From NCBI GenBank assembly GCA_965644495.1, contig CBFFSA010000002.1, forward strand, positions 186,001 to 250,000: a stretch of 64,000 nucleotides of DNA, written 5' to 3'. How positions within the stretch are numbered: the first letter of the stretch is position 1; every line of letters starts with the position of its first letter. Source of the stretch: Perkinsela sp. CCAP 1560/9. Lineage: Eukaryota > Protista > Euglenozoa: Kinetoplastea. Under the pieces are notes generated by a model. That model was not told the DNA's origin, did no database searches, and saw only the letters and a list, made by a program, of their open reading frames with translations. This document shows, piece by piece, positions 21,359-32,111 of the stretch. A program made the position numbers and the translations under genes.

Positions 21359-23413
21359 TCAGACAGCTAATTCTTGAACAGAAATGCGTGCTACATCTGC
21401 CCAATTTTCATCCAAATCGGCGGCTCGTTGGTAGTTGAAAATTGCCTCTGATTTCCGACGGAGTTTCTCATGACAACGCGCTAAATTGAGGTGTACAAGC
21501 GCGTCCTCTGGACAGTGAATCCGCAAGAATTCTAAATCAGGAAAAGCCTTTTCATAGTTTGTTCGAAGCATTTCCAAGTGAGCCCGACGATGGCGTACGT
21601 TGTGGTTCTTAGAATCAACTTCCAATATTTGATCATAAATATTTAAAGCTCGAGTGCGTGCTTCTTCATCGTCGAGTTCTTCAAGTGACATTGCTAAGCC
21701 TGTCGCTAGAGCAGGATTTTCAGGCTTCAAGGCTTGCGCTGCCTCAAAGTAAGTTATGGCTAGAGGAAACTTACCACGTCGTCGTTCCACCTCGCCCAGT
21801 CCCGCAATCGCCGCATACAAACGTGGGTCGAAATCTAACGCCCGTTGAAAGCGCTCTGATGCTGACCTCCACGCCTCCTGACGTAAAAGCTCGAACCCAA
21901 GTAACACATGTCCGTACGCAAAATCCTCCTGCACGCCAATCGCAAGCGTGAACAGACGCTCTGCCTCCTCTACCTCTCCACAAAGGCTGTGGTAGTTACC
22001 GGCAACACACATAGCGATCACGGAAAACGGTTCCTGGGCCACACAACGCTGTGCCAGGGTACGAAGTTCAGCCACGGCTCGTGTGTGCCACAGCGCTATA
22101 CTGTAGTACAGAAGCGAGGGGTCCATTTTCCACGCATAGCGCCGGGTGTATGTCGACCACGACCGAACCGCCTCCGTGTATAGCCCTCTCTCGTAGTAGG
22201 TCTGCGCCAGCATCGGGAGATACCACTCCACGTGTTTGTGTGCGGTAGCGAAGGACCCGTTGGTGAGACAGGACAGCCCACTGGTGTTACTCCCACGGAG
22301 ACACTGGCGTGCCTCTACGTAGGGCTTTAGCACATCCACGACGGAGTGAAGTCTCTGGGCGTAGGTTTTTCGTAAAGGTCGCGGGTGAGTGCTCTCGGGG
22401 CTTATGTCCTCCATGTGGGTTGAGTGTAGAAAAGTACTCCGACGTCCGTAACTTGACGGTCGCCCGTCAAGGACTAAGTTGGAGAACTGTTGCAATGGGG
22501 TGCGACGTCCGAGCATGTTCGGGCGACGCTCTGAGGGTGGGGTGTGAAGATTTCGGGGTCGAGGCGACTTCATGAGAGGGGGAGGTGTACGCCTCGCGGT
22601 AGAGTTCCTCACAGGAGCCGGAGTGGAATATTCAAGAGAGGAATCCAAGGCTGAGCCCTGAGTGGTTCTAGTGGAGCTACGCATAGTAAGTCCACCCAGC
22701 GTACTTCGCCGATGTTTTCCTATAAGAGAACGTGTGAATACGGGAGGGGCGGCAGAAGGGTCTGACGTTTTGCACTCGGCTGAGGAAGGGACAGGTTCAT
22801 TACTTTCCTTTGCCATGTTCGGTTTTTCCGTCTTACAGTGTGTGTCGTTTTCAGATGCGGCATCAAAGTGTTCTGCTGTAAATTTATGAAATACATCATC
22901 CGTATCGGCGCCTCCACACAAAGCTTCATCGAGCGCTGCTATTTGGGTGGGATCTATAGAGTAACACTGTGAGTACGACTTTTTTGCCTCTGCGTGCCTG
23001 CCTAACCGTTTCTTGCACTCTGAAGTCCAATAAAGTATTCCACAGAAAAGGTCTTCTCGAATTTCGTGTGCTATGTCTTCCGTAGTTGACTCCAACGCAT
23101 ATCGTAATTCAGTTAAAGTTCGTTCAGCTTGCTTGAAATTCCCCACCTGCACCTGTGCTACTCCAAATAAGTACATTAAGCGAGCATAGGCAACGATATC
23201 ATTCAAGGAAAACGGATAGAGCGATTCTATAAAACGACAAACGGTTCGAACTTCGCCAGCGAGGTAGTAAGTCTGCGCTAAGATATGGGCTGTGCTAAGA
23301 TCCCGATTTATTTCATAGAGGCGATGAGCTAAAAAGATTGCATTGCGGTGAAGCAGAAGCCGGTGTGAACGATCAATAGCAGCGTGGAGACTCCTTATGA
23401 CCTCGTTGTCCAT
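21359..23413 (-). CDS. CDC27: APC/C subunit CDC27/APC3
   Basis: NAIFLAHRLY N-terminal TPR, S/T/P-rich linker, YYSIALWH, VAGNYHSL, FAYGHVLLGFE. Confidence 0.85.
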   Translation of the reverse strand: MDNEVIRSLHAAIDRSHRLLLHRNAIFLAHRLYEINRDLSTAHILAQTYYLAGEVRTVCRFIESLYPFSLNDIVAYARLMYLFGVAQVQVGNFKQAERTLTELRYALESTTEDIAHEIREDLFCGILYWTSECKKRLGRHAEAKKSYSQCYSIDPTQIAALDEALCGGADTDDVFHKFTAEHFDAASENDTHCKTEKPNMAKESNEPVPSSAECKTSDPSAAPPVFTRSLIGKHRRSTLGGLTMRSSTRTTQGSALDSSLEYSTPAPVRNSTARRTPPPLMKSPRPRNLHTPPSERRPNMLGRRTPLQQFSNLVLDGRPSSYGRRSTFLHSTHMEDISPESTHPRPLRKTYAQRLHSVVDVLKPYVEARQCLRGSNTSGLSCLTNGSFATAHKHVEWYLPMLAQTYYERGLYTEAVRSWSTYTRRYAWKMDPSLLYYSIALWHTRAVAELRTLAQRCVAQEPFSVIAMCVAGNYHSLCGEVEEAERLFTLAIGVQEDFAYGHVLLGFELLRQEAWRSASERFQRALDFDPRLYAAIAGLGEVERRRGKFPLAITYFEAAQALKPENPALATGLAMSLEELDDEEARTRALNIYDQILEVDSKNHNVRHRRAHLEMLRTNYEKAFPDLEFLRIHCPEDALVHLNLARCHEKLRRKSEAIFNYQRAADLDENWADVARISVQELAV

Positions 23414-23867
23414 CTAAGAGTAAAACAAGGTGTTATTGATTCAATTGAATCTATGCCATGTATAATTGTTCAACTTTCAAATAGAGTACTTAGTTACGAA
23501 ACATGCACAAAGCAATTTCGCTTAAAATATTGCTACGAAATGTAGTACGATTATAAATTTCAACGACTATCTACATCATAAAACCATTTTCTAGCAGTTC
23601 CTTAACGGCTTCAGTGTACTGCGGAAAATATGTCTTTTGCGGAAGGGTTAAACAAATTTACTCCGCGGTCGGTTCGTGAGTTACGTTATACCTTAGACTC
23701 GTATACCAAACAGTGATTTCGTTAAATTACAAAAGGCGAACAAAGCAAAGAAAAAACACGCCCAAAATACCAGTAAGCCAGCAAAAAAGCCGTGCGAAAC
23801 GAAAATTCAGAAGCTACTCAAACGTCAAACAATCAAAAGCAAATGAAAACAATCCAACGGTTAATCA

Positions 23868-24974
23868 TTAATCTAATTCGTCGCTGGATTGGGGCTTTGA
23901 AGAAGTTGATTTTGATGTTGATGTATCGTTGAATGGAGCTGATGTACTATTCGTACCGCTGGCGGAAGCCGAGGGCATGTTCATAGATGACATCATCTTC
24001 GAGATCAATTTAGACATTTTTGGGTCTTGCATGTATTGCATAGCACTCATAGGATTACTCATTAAGTTTTTAAGTTTCTCCGCCGTTTCAGGATCACGAA
24101 GAGCTGCTTGTACCTCAGGGTCTTGAAAAAGCGAATCCATCTTAGGAATGCCGCTGAAGGACGCGCCCGTAAATGGCGTCTCTGCCGTACTCGATGCTTC
24201 GGGTGTTTGACTTTTGTTCTGTCGTGGCATATAAAAATTTCTTTCTTCCGGTTCATGACGCGCGGACCTTCTCTCCTCCTGCACACGTTGCTTTGTGCGT
24301 AATTGACGGGCGCGAGACTCGACAAACTTTAATACTTCCGATGTATCGGGGTCATAATCAACTCGGTTAGCAGCATTTAAATCCAACGTGGCTTGAGCGT
24401 AGTTACCCAGATACCGATGTGCCATACCTCGTACACGGAGAGCTTTCGCATTCTCCGGATTGTATTGCAAGGCTCTGTTCGAGTCTTTTACAGCACAGTT
24501 GGGCTTTTTCCACTTTAAATAGCACTGAGCGCGAAGTGCCCAGAGGGGAGCTTTGTAGGGATTACAACGTAATGCCTCATTGATCTTTTCTATTCCCTTT
24601 GAGAGATCGCCCGCTTGTATGAGTTGTGCTGCCTCGGACCGAAGTTTGTTTATGTGCGTCTCCAAAGCCTCATCTGAGACTGATTCAGTGGGTTCCAGGA
24701 CTTCCTCGTATGAGGGGTCTTGAGGTTCCACTGTCCATAGATCCGGGTCCGGGTCTTCATCGGAGGAGATATCTGATTCTTCATCCATATCACATCCCAA
24801 GGAGTTTTCCGGAACGTCACGCTCACAGGGATTGTTAAGAAAGTTAGTACTGGCGTATTGAAGGAAATCGCGAAAAAAGGTCAAACGATCATCCTGAAGA
24901 AGATCTGGGTTTTCTTGAATCTTTTGAACGAACGAACGAACTGTAGTTATTTCTTCTTCGCACAAATTATTCAT
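23868..24974 (-). CDS. ST13: Hsc70-interacting protein HIP
   Basis: NPDLLQDDRLTFFRDFL dimerisation region, acidic stretch, 3 TPRs (KKPNCAVKD), STI1/DP C-terminus. Confidence 0.9.
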   Translation of the reverse strand: MNNLCEEEITTVRSFVQKIQENPDLLQDDRLTFFRDFLQYASTNFLNNPCERDVPENSLGCDMDEESDISSDEDPDPDLWTVEPQDPSYEEVLEPTESVSDEALETHINKLRSEAAQLIQAGDLSKGIEKINEALRCNPYKAPLWALRAQCYLKWKKPNCAVKDSNRALQYNPENAKALRVRGMAHRYLGNYAQATLDLNAANRVDYDPDTSEVLKFVESRARQLRTKQRVQEERRSARHEPEERNFYMPRQNKSQTPEASSTAETPFTGASFSGIPKMDSLFQDPEVQAALRDPETAEKLKNLMSNPMSAMQYMQDPKMSKLISKMMSSMNMPSASASGTNSTSAPFNDTSTSKSTSSKPQSSDELD

Positions 24975-25148
24975 AAGTTATAAAGAAACAAAAACTTTCT
25001 TGCCGCTATTTTTCTAAACTAAATGGCAATGAAGAGAAAATCGTTTCGCTTGTTTAGAAAGAGGGTGATGAATTCAAAATGTACACAAAAAATGAAGACC
25101 AGTCGCTTAACACAGTATTAAAATATGCAATTCTTAAATGTTACTAAA

Positions 25149-26040
25149 CCCCCGCACACTATTATTCCGGATATTTTCGTCCACATTTTCCGGAATAATA
25201 AGTGTTTCCGGAATAATAAGTGTGTTTCCGGAATAATAAGTGTGCGCGCACACTTATTATTCCGGAAAAATTAAGGTTATGTACACAATAAACCTTGAAG
25301 CGAACTTTCAAGTTGAACCATGGATTCGGATATGACAAAAGAATAACGGGAGATACTGTTCCATTTTAGCCGTGCCTTGTCAGCAGATCTTTTAGTATTT
25401 CCGTCGTTTACAATAGCCTGGGTCATAGAGCACATGGTCCTCAGACGGCGAATTCGAACCCCGCTCATGGAACATAATTCCCGGCGGCCTCACTCCAGGA
25501 GGCTGGGTTGAGAATCGACTAGGCCCAGTACTCGGAGGACCGGCCAGGACCCCTCTCAGGGAGCCAGCTACCTTACCTGGCTTACCTCTTGGGTATAGCC
25601 GTGTTGACATACAATTCGTCGACGCAGCGTGTCGGTAACAGCACGTTAGTGCCGCCTTGGGCAAGCGGAAACTGGCAGATGACGTCGGTCTCGGAACTTC
25701 CAAATCAGTCTGTGAAGGGTCTGACTTGCCAGTGACCGTCCGGAGCAGTCAGGGTCTTTGGAAGAGCCATCGTTGAAGGATTCTTCATCGGGAGAATTCG
25801 AGTTTCTTTCTTCAATAATGTCAACGCCCCATTCACGACGCTCCTGGCGAAGGTTCTTTGTTTCAAGCTATACCAAATTTTTCTCGAATCCAGGAATCCA
25901 ATTTTTCCATTGGCAGAGATAAAGTTTTGTAAAAAATCTCAAAGGTGAAATAATAATAAAAACGGAATAATAAGTGTGTTTCCGGAATAATAAGTGTTTC
26001 CGGAATAATAAAAAAAACGGAATAATAAGTGTGCGGGGGG
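25149..26040. mobile_element. piggyBac-like non-autonomous element
   Basis: TAAA|CCCCCGCACACTATTATTCCG ... CGGAATAATAAGTGTGCGGGGGG|TTAA; multiple subterminal CGGAATAATAAGTG copies at both ends. Confidence 0.75.
25429..25750 (-). repeat. ~320-bp dispersed repeat, copy B (nested in the piggyBac-like element)
   Basis: Reverse-complement homologue of 18435-18758. Confidence 0.92.
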
Positions 26041-26316
26041 TTAAAATGAGTTGCTACGAAAAGGATTAAACTAAAAAAAGAATTGTACGTTGTATCTTGA
26101 TGCAAAAAGAATACCGGTATCGGACTTCCTGCGTAATACTTCTTGCAGTATTGAAAAAGATCTGCAGAAAAACGTTTTGAAGATGGAGTGCATTTACATG
26201 ACCAGAATGATAGAGTATAGTGATAGAGAACATTTACCATTGAAATTGTCGTTCAACTGTGTACATTATTCCATGTTTTCTATCTGTTCACGGTACTACT
26301 AAAATGATGGATTTTA

Positions 26317-27480
26317 TCAGGAAAAAATTCCAATCTGTTGATTCCATTCTCTATGCAAAAAAGAGTTAGCCTGTTGAATTCGATCTACCCAAGATTCTGC
26401 TTTCTTGGCGAAGACACCAATTTCTTGAGGATGTAATACACGGGGCTTAATTAGAGTCACCGTTAATGTTCTCGCAATGCCATCCATCCGACCTTCGAAA
26501 AGATCCAAGGATAGCGCTGAAATCAGTAACGATTCCACGTCATTCGCATTTATTTCGCAACGCTGCGCAATTTGAGAAAATTTCAGAATACGGCCCTTGT
26601 TTTCCGGAGTGTAGAAAATATAGTGCAACAGGCTCATGAGAGTGAATTTTTGCTCAAGTCCTTCAGAATGAATTCGTATGAGATCATTGTGCGAGATTTC
26701 TAGAGAGTACTTTGTTTTGAGATTTTTCCATGACTCAACGTCTCCTTCTTGAAATGATTGAAGAATCGTGCTCAACCACGGAGCTGTGTCTTTAAGTCCT
26801 TCACTGACACGAACATTACTCAATAGCTCTCCAAAATTGTGGAGCTGAGGACATAAAAGTGCAGATATCGCAACCTGCACACAAAGAGCAGAGAAATCAT
26901 TAGGTTCCAGTGTGACGTTCGTGTCACAATAAGCCAAATATTGAAAAACACAATTGTAAAAGAACTCCCACTCTTGACGAAACCAGTGCGCTACGCAGCG
27001 CATACGATAATACTGCATCCATAAAAGGGGCGAGACACGGACACGGTCCAAAGGGCGCGTGTAGTCTTCAATTTCACGGCATGCGGCATCGAGCAACAAA
27101 TATGAATTATTGCAAGCATGCGTAGCTATGGAGAATTCGGCTTGAATACATTTCTGAGCCTCGAAATCTTTTGATACGACATTCTTCAAAAAACTGCAAC
27201 GAGTTTCTGGCGAAAACGTAAGAGCAATCATCAAAGAGAGTCGAGCGTAAGAGATCGGATTGAAGAACTCGGCTTTGGGGTGAAGGACAAGCTGATGAAC
27301 TCTTTCTCCATTTTGGGCTAGAAAAGAGGTATTGTGGAAAAGCTCAAAAGCATGTAGAGTGACTTCATGCCACATATTTTTATGAAAGGCCTCAAGCAAA
27401 AGTCGAACGGTGTCCTGGAGTGCGGGGTACTCGGCACTAGCATTAAACGCATCGGATAAAGAACTTCTTGATTGCGCCAT
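26317..27480 (-). CDS. RPN9: 26S proteasome lid subunit RPN9/PSMD13
   Basis: MWHEVT, HNFGELL, KFTLMSLL, PCI domain ending KPRVL. Confidence 0.9.
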   Translation of the reverse strand: MAQSRSSLSDAFNASAEYPALQDTVRLLLEAFHKNMWHEVTLHAFELFHNTSFLAQNGERVHQLVLHPKAEFFNPISYARLSLMIALTFSPETRCSFLKNVVSKDFEAQKCIQAEFSIATHACNNSYLLLDAACREIEDYTRPLDRVRVSPLLWMQYYRMRCVAHWFRQEWEFFYNCVFQYLAYCDTNVTLEPNDFSALCVQVAISALLCPQLHNFGELLSNVRVSEGLKDTAPWLSTILQSFQEGDVESWKNLKTKYSLEISHNDLIRIHSEGLEQKFTLMSLLHYIFYTPENKGRILKFSQIAQRCEINANDVESLLISALSLDLFEGRMDGIARTLTVTLIKPRVLHPQEIGVFAKKAESWVDRIQQANSFLHREWNQQIGIFS

Positions 27481-27864
27481 AATAGGATCAGGGAATCAAG
27501 GTAATGCAAAATAGCTTTTTGTAAACTATTCCAAGGCAAACTATTTTTGTAAATGATTCCTCTTATTTTTAGATTATCTAAAAAGAATCTAAGATAAAGT
27601 AAAGTGGCTGAAAAAAGCGCGAGGATACCTACACAGATTTGACGTCAGACGATATGTCTGGTGAAGCTACGCCCAGTGAAATTCACTGGACTTATGAAAG
27701 TAACGTTTGTTTTTTTCGATTTATAGAAATTAATGCTCCCGCGTAAAACAGATTTTTATAACTCGAAAGTATAAATTTATGAGAGAGCAACATATATGTT
27801 ATGCTCTTAAGATTAATTTTGGCCACCCAAAATGAACCCCCAACAAGGAGGTGTCCTGGAAAAG

Positions 27865-27916
27865 CTGAGCAAACTTTAGCAAAACCTGACAAAACTTGAC
27901 AGGTTTCAACCCTCTA
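27865..27916. repeat. Solo hAT-like terminus with ~10-bp subterminal repeats
   Basis: (GCAAAACC-like)n ACAGGTTTCAACCCTCTA; same terminus at 36954-36971. Confidence 0.7.
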
Positions 27917-27993
27917 CATAATATCGTAATTGAATATGCAAGGGAATTTGCAAATTTAGGAACTCCTCACCATGATATACTATGCTTTGCTGA

Positions 27994-28944
27994 CTACTTC
28001 ACTCCTCGAATAAGAATCTTCGGCGCTCTCCGCCAGGTGTTGCTAGACACTTTTACAAAATTTTTATTAGGAGGAATCACGGAATCAAAGAAATTAGAAT
28101 CGACCTCAATAGAGTTTAGTGAGTTCGGAAGTCGTGAGAGATCAAGCACCCCAGCCAAAAAGTTACCCTTTACCGCAAAAACTATAATACCTTCTGAAAG
28201 ATCTCTGGGTAATAGGGGGCCACTCAGCTTGTTTTGAGAAAGACGCAGTTCCTGTAGAGAAGGAGGAAGAGCGCTAATGTCCAATAAACCATCGAAATTG
28301 TTGTGGTCAAGGTTTATACAAGCCACAGAAGTTGGTAATTGAGTTAGATCAAGGGTCCCATACAAATTGTTCCGTGAAAGCAGTATTGTTTCAATTTTTA
28401 TTGGAAAGAGTCCTAGTTGCAGCGTTGATGAAAAGAGATTTTGGCGACCATCAAGTCGAATGAGTGACGAAACTGACTCGGGGTCCACGGCCCCGCTTAA
28501 TTGATTTTCCGCAAGATGTACCCAAGTTATCGAATGAGGCAGATAGGCCCAAGTTAAATTTCCTACCATTCCGAGGCAGTTCCACTCTAACATTATTGGT
28601 TCATCGGCTTCGTTGCATATTACGCCATTCCAGTCACATCCAGGTACCATCTGAGACCACGTGGAATCTGGTGACTTGGAGAGCAATTGCGTGAACCGTG
28701 TGAGCTGAATTTCCAGAGGGAGTAATGAACGAGAGACTTTGCCAAGAGCTCGTTTTGGACAAGAGGTTACGTCTGCGCTGCTAAAAAGATATGTCTGCAG
28801 CAAACCTACCATTTCGAAAATCATATTCAGAAATACAGCTTTGAAAAAAGAAAAGAATGCTTTTAAAGATAAAAACAAGCAAACGTGAGATTTTCTCATG
28901 CAAGAGTACTTGGAGGATATAATGTAAAAATCGAAGTACAGCAT
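27994..28944 (-). CDS. Leucine-rich repeat protein (true start may be downstream)
   Basis: GCDWNGVIC cap followed by LxxNxLxGxLDLxxLP repeats. Confidence 0.88.
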   Translation of the reverse strand: MLYFDFYIISSKYSCMRKSHVCLFLSLKAFFSFFKAVFLNMIFEMVGLLQTYLFSSADVTSCPKRALGKVSRSLLPLEIQLTRFTQLLSKSPDSTWSQMVPGCDWNGVICNEADEPIMLEWNCLGMVGNLTWAYLPHSITWVHLAENQLSGAVDPESVSSLIRLDGRQNLFSSTLQLGLFPIKIETILLSRNNLYGTLDLTQLPTSVACINLDHNNFDGLLDISALPPSLQELRLSQNKLSGPLLPRDLSEGIIVFAVKGNFLAGVLDLSRLPNSLNSIEVDSNFFDSVIPPNKNFVKVSSNTWRRAPKILIRGVK

Positions 28945-29216
28945 TCAGGTTTTATGCGCCATATAACAAAACAAGCGTACCAAAGTGCTGAACACACAAT
29001 GTACATGTATTATGTGATGAGTCCCAGAGTAAAAACATTAACAACTTTAAAAAAAACATTTGGCAAGTAGTAGTACGCGGCAAGCTGTACAACAGAAAGC
29101 AAGAGTTTCCATAAGTGGAATTTCCCAGATTGTTTTTTGTAACAACAGTACAAGTAGGGTTGTGACACCTAATTCGTAAAAAAAACATATTCTACAAAAA
29201 AATAAACGTATCATCC

Positions 29217-30065
29217 CTAAATGCCACAAATAAAACGTAAATGTTCACAAAATCCCACCAGGTCTGTTCCTGCGAGTCCGCATGCATCACGACGAGTGCT
29301 GTCCTCGGATAAATTCATCAATGCGCTGTAGAATTCCCTCATCGTAGGCCTGTGAGCGGCGTGCGTCACTACATGTGGAAAGCATCGTACACCCTCGTAA
29401 AGCAACAAAAATCCGCAGCAAATGTTTTGTTCTGTGGTGGGACGAGATCGTGCGCGCTGCGAGAGGTTCTTTCGTCGCGTCAATTTATCTTGCTCACGAA
29501 GAGAGACACAAATCCAGTGCTGGAGAAGCGGAATCAACATTTCAAAATGCCCAGCGTCAAGTTCTTGAAATTGCTGAGCACTTTTTATGGCATGTAGTTT
29601 CTCATGCAGCTCAAGACAATGCGTTGTTGTCCCTTTTTCGAAGGCCTTTGAGATTGTCGAATGCAAAGAGAGTTCAGCGGCATCCGTGGGGAGCGGGGTG
29701 GTGGAAGACATCAATGGAAGAGCTCTTGAGCACTCTGGAAGTGTGTGTATCTTAGTGCAATTCGAATTATGGGAATCGGAAAGCTCGAATGGAGGCTGCT
29801 CAAGATCTATTGAAGGCAATGAAGGATCGACCTTTTCCCGAATATTGTTCACCACTTCTCCCATGCGCAAAATATTGCGGTGATGGGTGCGATGCCAAAT
29901 TTCTTCACCTTTGGTTGAATCCAAAAGCTTTTGGAGATAACCCTGAAGCTCCTCCCATTCCTGCTTTCGAGGGGAAGGCGCGATTTCAGTACGCGGCGTT
30001 GATGATCTAACTTGGGCTGAGTCAGACGTCTTATTTAAGGATTTCAATGGTGCGCGTGCAGGCAT
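29217..30065 (-). CDS. Hypothetical protein
   Basis: 282-aa ATG ORF. Confidence 0.7.
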   Translation of the reverse strand: MPARAPLKSLNKTSDSAQVRSSTPRTEIAPSPRKQEWEELQGYLQKLLDSTKGEEIWHRTHHRNILRMGEVVNNIREKVDPSLPSIDLEQPPFELSDSHNSNCTKIHTLPECSRALPLMSSTTPLPTDAAELSLHSTISKAFEKGTTTHCLELHEKLHAIKSAQQFQELDAGHFEMLIPLLQHWICVSLREQDKLTRRKNLSQRARSRPTTEQNICCGFLLLYEGVRCFPHVVTHAAHRPTMREFYSALMNLSEDSTRRDACGLAGTDLVGFCEHLRFICGI

Positions 30066-30460
30066 GTAATCAGAAGATATTCAAGGAGAAATTTAAGTAT
30101 AAACCGATGAACGACGCCAATTCATAAAGCAACTTTCTGCTAGAGTTCTTATACTTTTTTGAGAAATTCATAAGAGTTTTGAGAAATGTGAGGGACTGTC
30201 GGTAAGAGTCAACTCGAGATCACGTGAAATCCCTCACCAGAGTATCGTAAAATAAGAAATCAATACCCTTTTAATTCTTCTATAAAAGCGCGTGCGGCGT
30301 ATGATAGCATACAACGAAAATGTCCGTCATACCTATTTTAATATTCATATCGACAAAGTAGTGAAGTGATTGCAGCACTTCAATTACAGATCTTGATTGT
30401 GAGTAGTGTTTTTAGAAAATCTGTTCCTTTTGAAATCTTCACTACTACATTAAATGCGAC

Positions 30461-31718
30461 TTACGGTGCGGGAGACTCTTCAAACGACGGAGCACTGCGT
30501 TTAGTTGTCTCACGCTTTTTATCCACACCTTTTCCGTCTTTCTCCGCCTTTTGTTTTTCTCGTTCCCTTGCCCGACGTTTGTTCTCGCGTCGGGTGTGAC
30601 GGGCTTTCTCCTCCAGGAGCGCCACCTCTGCTGGGGTCTTGGAAACGTAACTATGCCAAATCACTTCGCCCCCACACACCCCGCTCTCCACCTTGAGCAG
30701 TCTCAAACTGAGCCGGGGACCCAGTTCTACCAGCTTCACCCGGAGCGAACCCTTCTGCCGACGAAACGTCAGCGCGGGCGGAAGTTCAACATTCTCCCCT
30801 TCCCCCTCCGTATCCGAAGCTCCCCCAGGCCCCGCACTCAACGCCTCGGACAAACTCTCCGCATACGAAAAACTCTCCGGGACATTCCCCCCCGAGAGCT
30901 TCGCAATACTCCGATTCAACCCCGTGGGACGGGACTGTACCGTATAATGCCGCATCTCCAACACCACAGGCGTCTTTTCCTCCCCTCTCCCCTCCTCCTC
31001 CTTCCCCCCCTCCACACGCTCCACCTCCCCGGGCTTCATTAAATGAAACAACACCACACGGTGAATGTGACTCAAATCACTACGACGCTCCACCATGGGC
31101 TCCGGAACCATCGACTGCAACATCTCCAACGTCAGCGCAAGCTCCGGGCGAAGTCGCGAACCTGAAACCCACTTCTTTTTTTCTTCTCTATGGGTAGGGA
31201 CGGAACCCTCTTCATCCTCCTCACAAACTACCCCCCCCTCGCGCCCAAACCCGTTACACATCACCAGCGGGGGGTACTGGTACTGCCGCTGCCCCCCCGC
31301 GCACCCCCGGGTCCGTGCCCCCCTCCCCACCACCACCCCGCTCCCCGGGGTGTAGGACTGGACCCGGAAGCACAGCGTGGGGCCGTGGGGGAGGCGCGAG
31401 AGCGCGAGCGTGGGCCCGCGCGGGGGGCTGGCGAACTTAAACAGGTGGGTGAGCCGTAGCGCGGGGGCGAGCGCGAGGAGGTCGCGCAGGGGGTGGCGGG
31501 AGTGGGGGGGGGAGGTGGGAGAGGGTGTGGGGGGCGAGGGCCTTGCGGCAGTCCCGGATGAGGCGGTCCATGGTGGGGTCCGCGGGGCCGTGGTGGTAGA
31601 GGAGGGAGCAGGGGAGGGGGGCAGGGGAGGGGGTGGTGGGGGAGGGGGAGGAGGGGGGTGGTGGGGGTTGGGTGAGATGGGTGCGACGCTTCTTGCGACG
31701 TTTTCCTTTGTAGGGCAT
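30461..31718 (-). CDS. PPAN: Peter Pan/SSF1 Brix-domain ribosome biogenesis factor (one apparent frameshift)
   Basis: MPYKGKRRKKRRTH...LIRDCRKALAPHT in one frame; PLRDLL...GPTLCFRVQSY...LEMRHY...VKLVELGPRL in the other; shift at the G9 run 31504-31512. Confidence 0.88.
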
Positions 31719-31790
31719 GGGGTGGGGGGAATAGGGAGGAGGATGGGTAAAGGGAGATGGAGGGAACGTGGAAGATTGGGGTTGGGAGGT
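30600..31790. other. GC-rich skew-flip island 2
   Basis: C-rich to ~31340, G-rich from ~31380. Confidence 0.85.
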
Positions 31791-32111
31791 AAAGATGTCT
31801 TTTTTGAAGTAAAAAATGTAAGAGATTGTGAAAACTGTCATGTCCTATAAGATATACACGAGATACAAGATGTATTGATGTTCCCGTGTATATTGGCTCT
31901 GCGAAAGCAATATTAAAAGGCATAAATTGTAGGTAAAAAGTCTTAGAAAAATTCTTAAAGCTGATCCCCTCCTTATCCAAATGCTGCGCTAAATAATAAG
32001 TAGACTTTACAAAGAAAGAACAAAATTGCATTTTTCAGCAGACTAAGGCCCAATGTCGTCTTATCCATTCAACATTCAGTTGCGCATTCTATATGATCCA
32101 TTCGTCACTGC

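Noticed and set aside
25165-25265. CRISPR or telomeric repeat
   Set aside because: Irregular, in both orientations and mirrored at 25960-26040, so these are subterminal transposon repeats.
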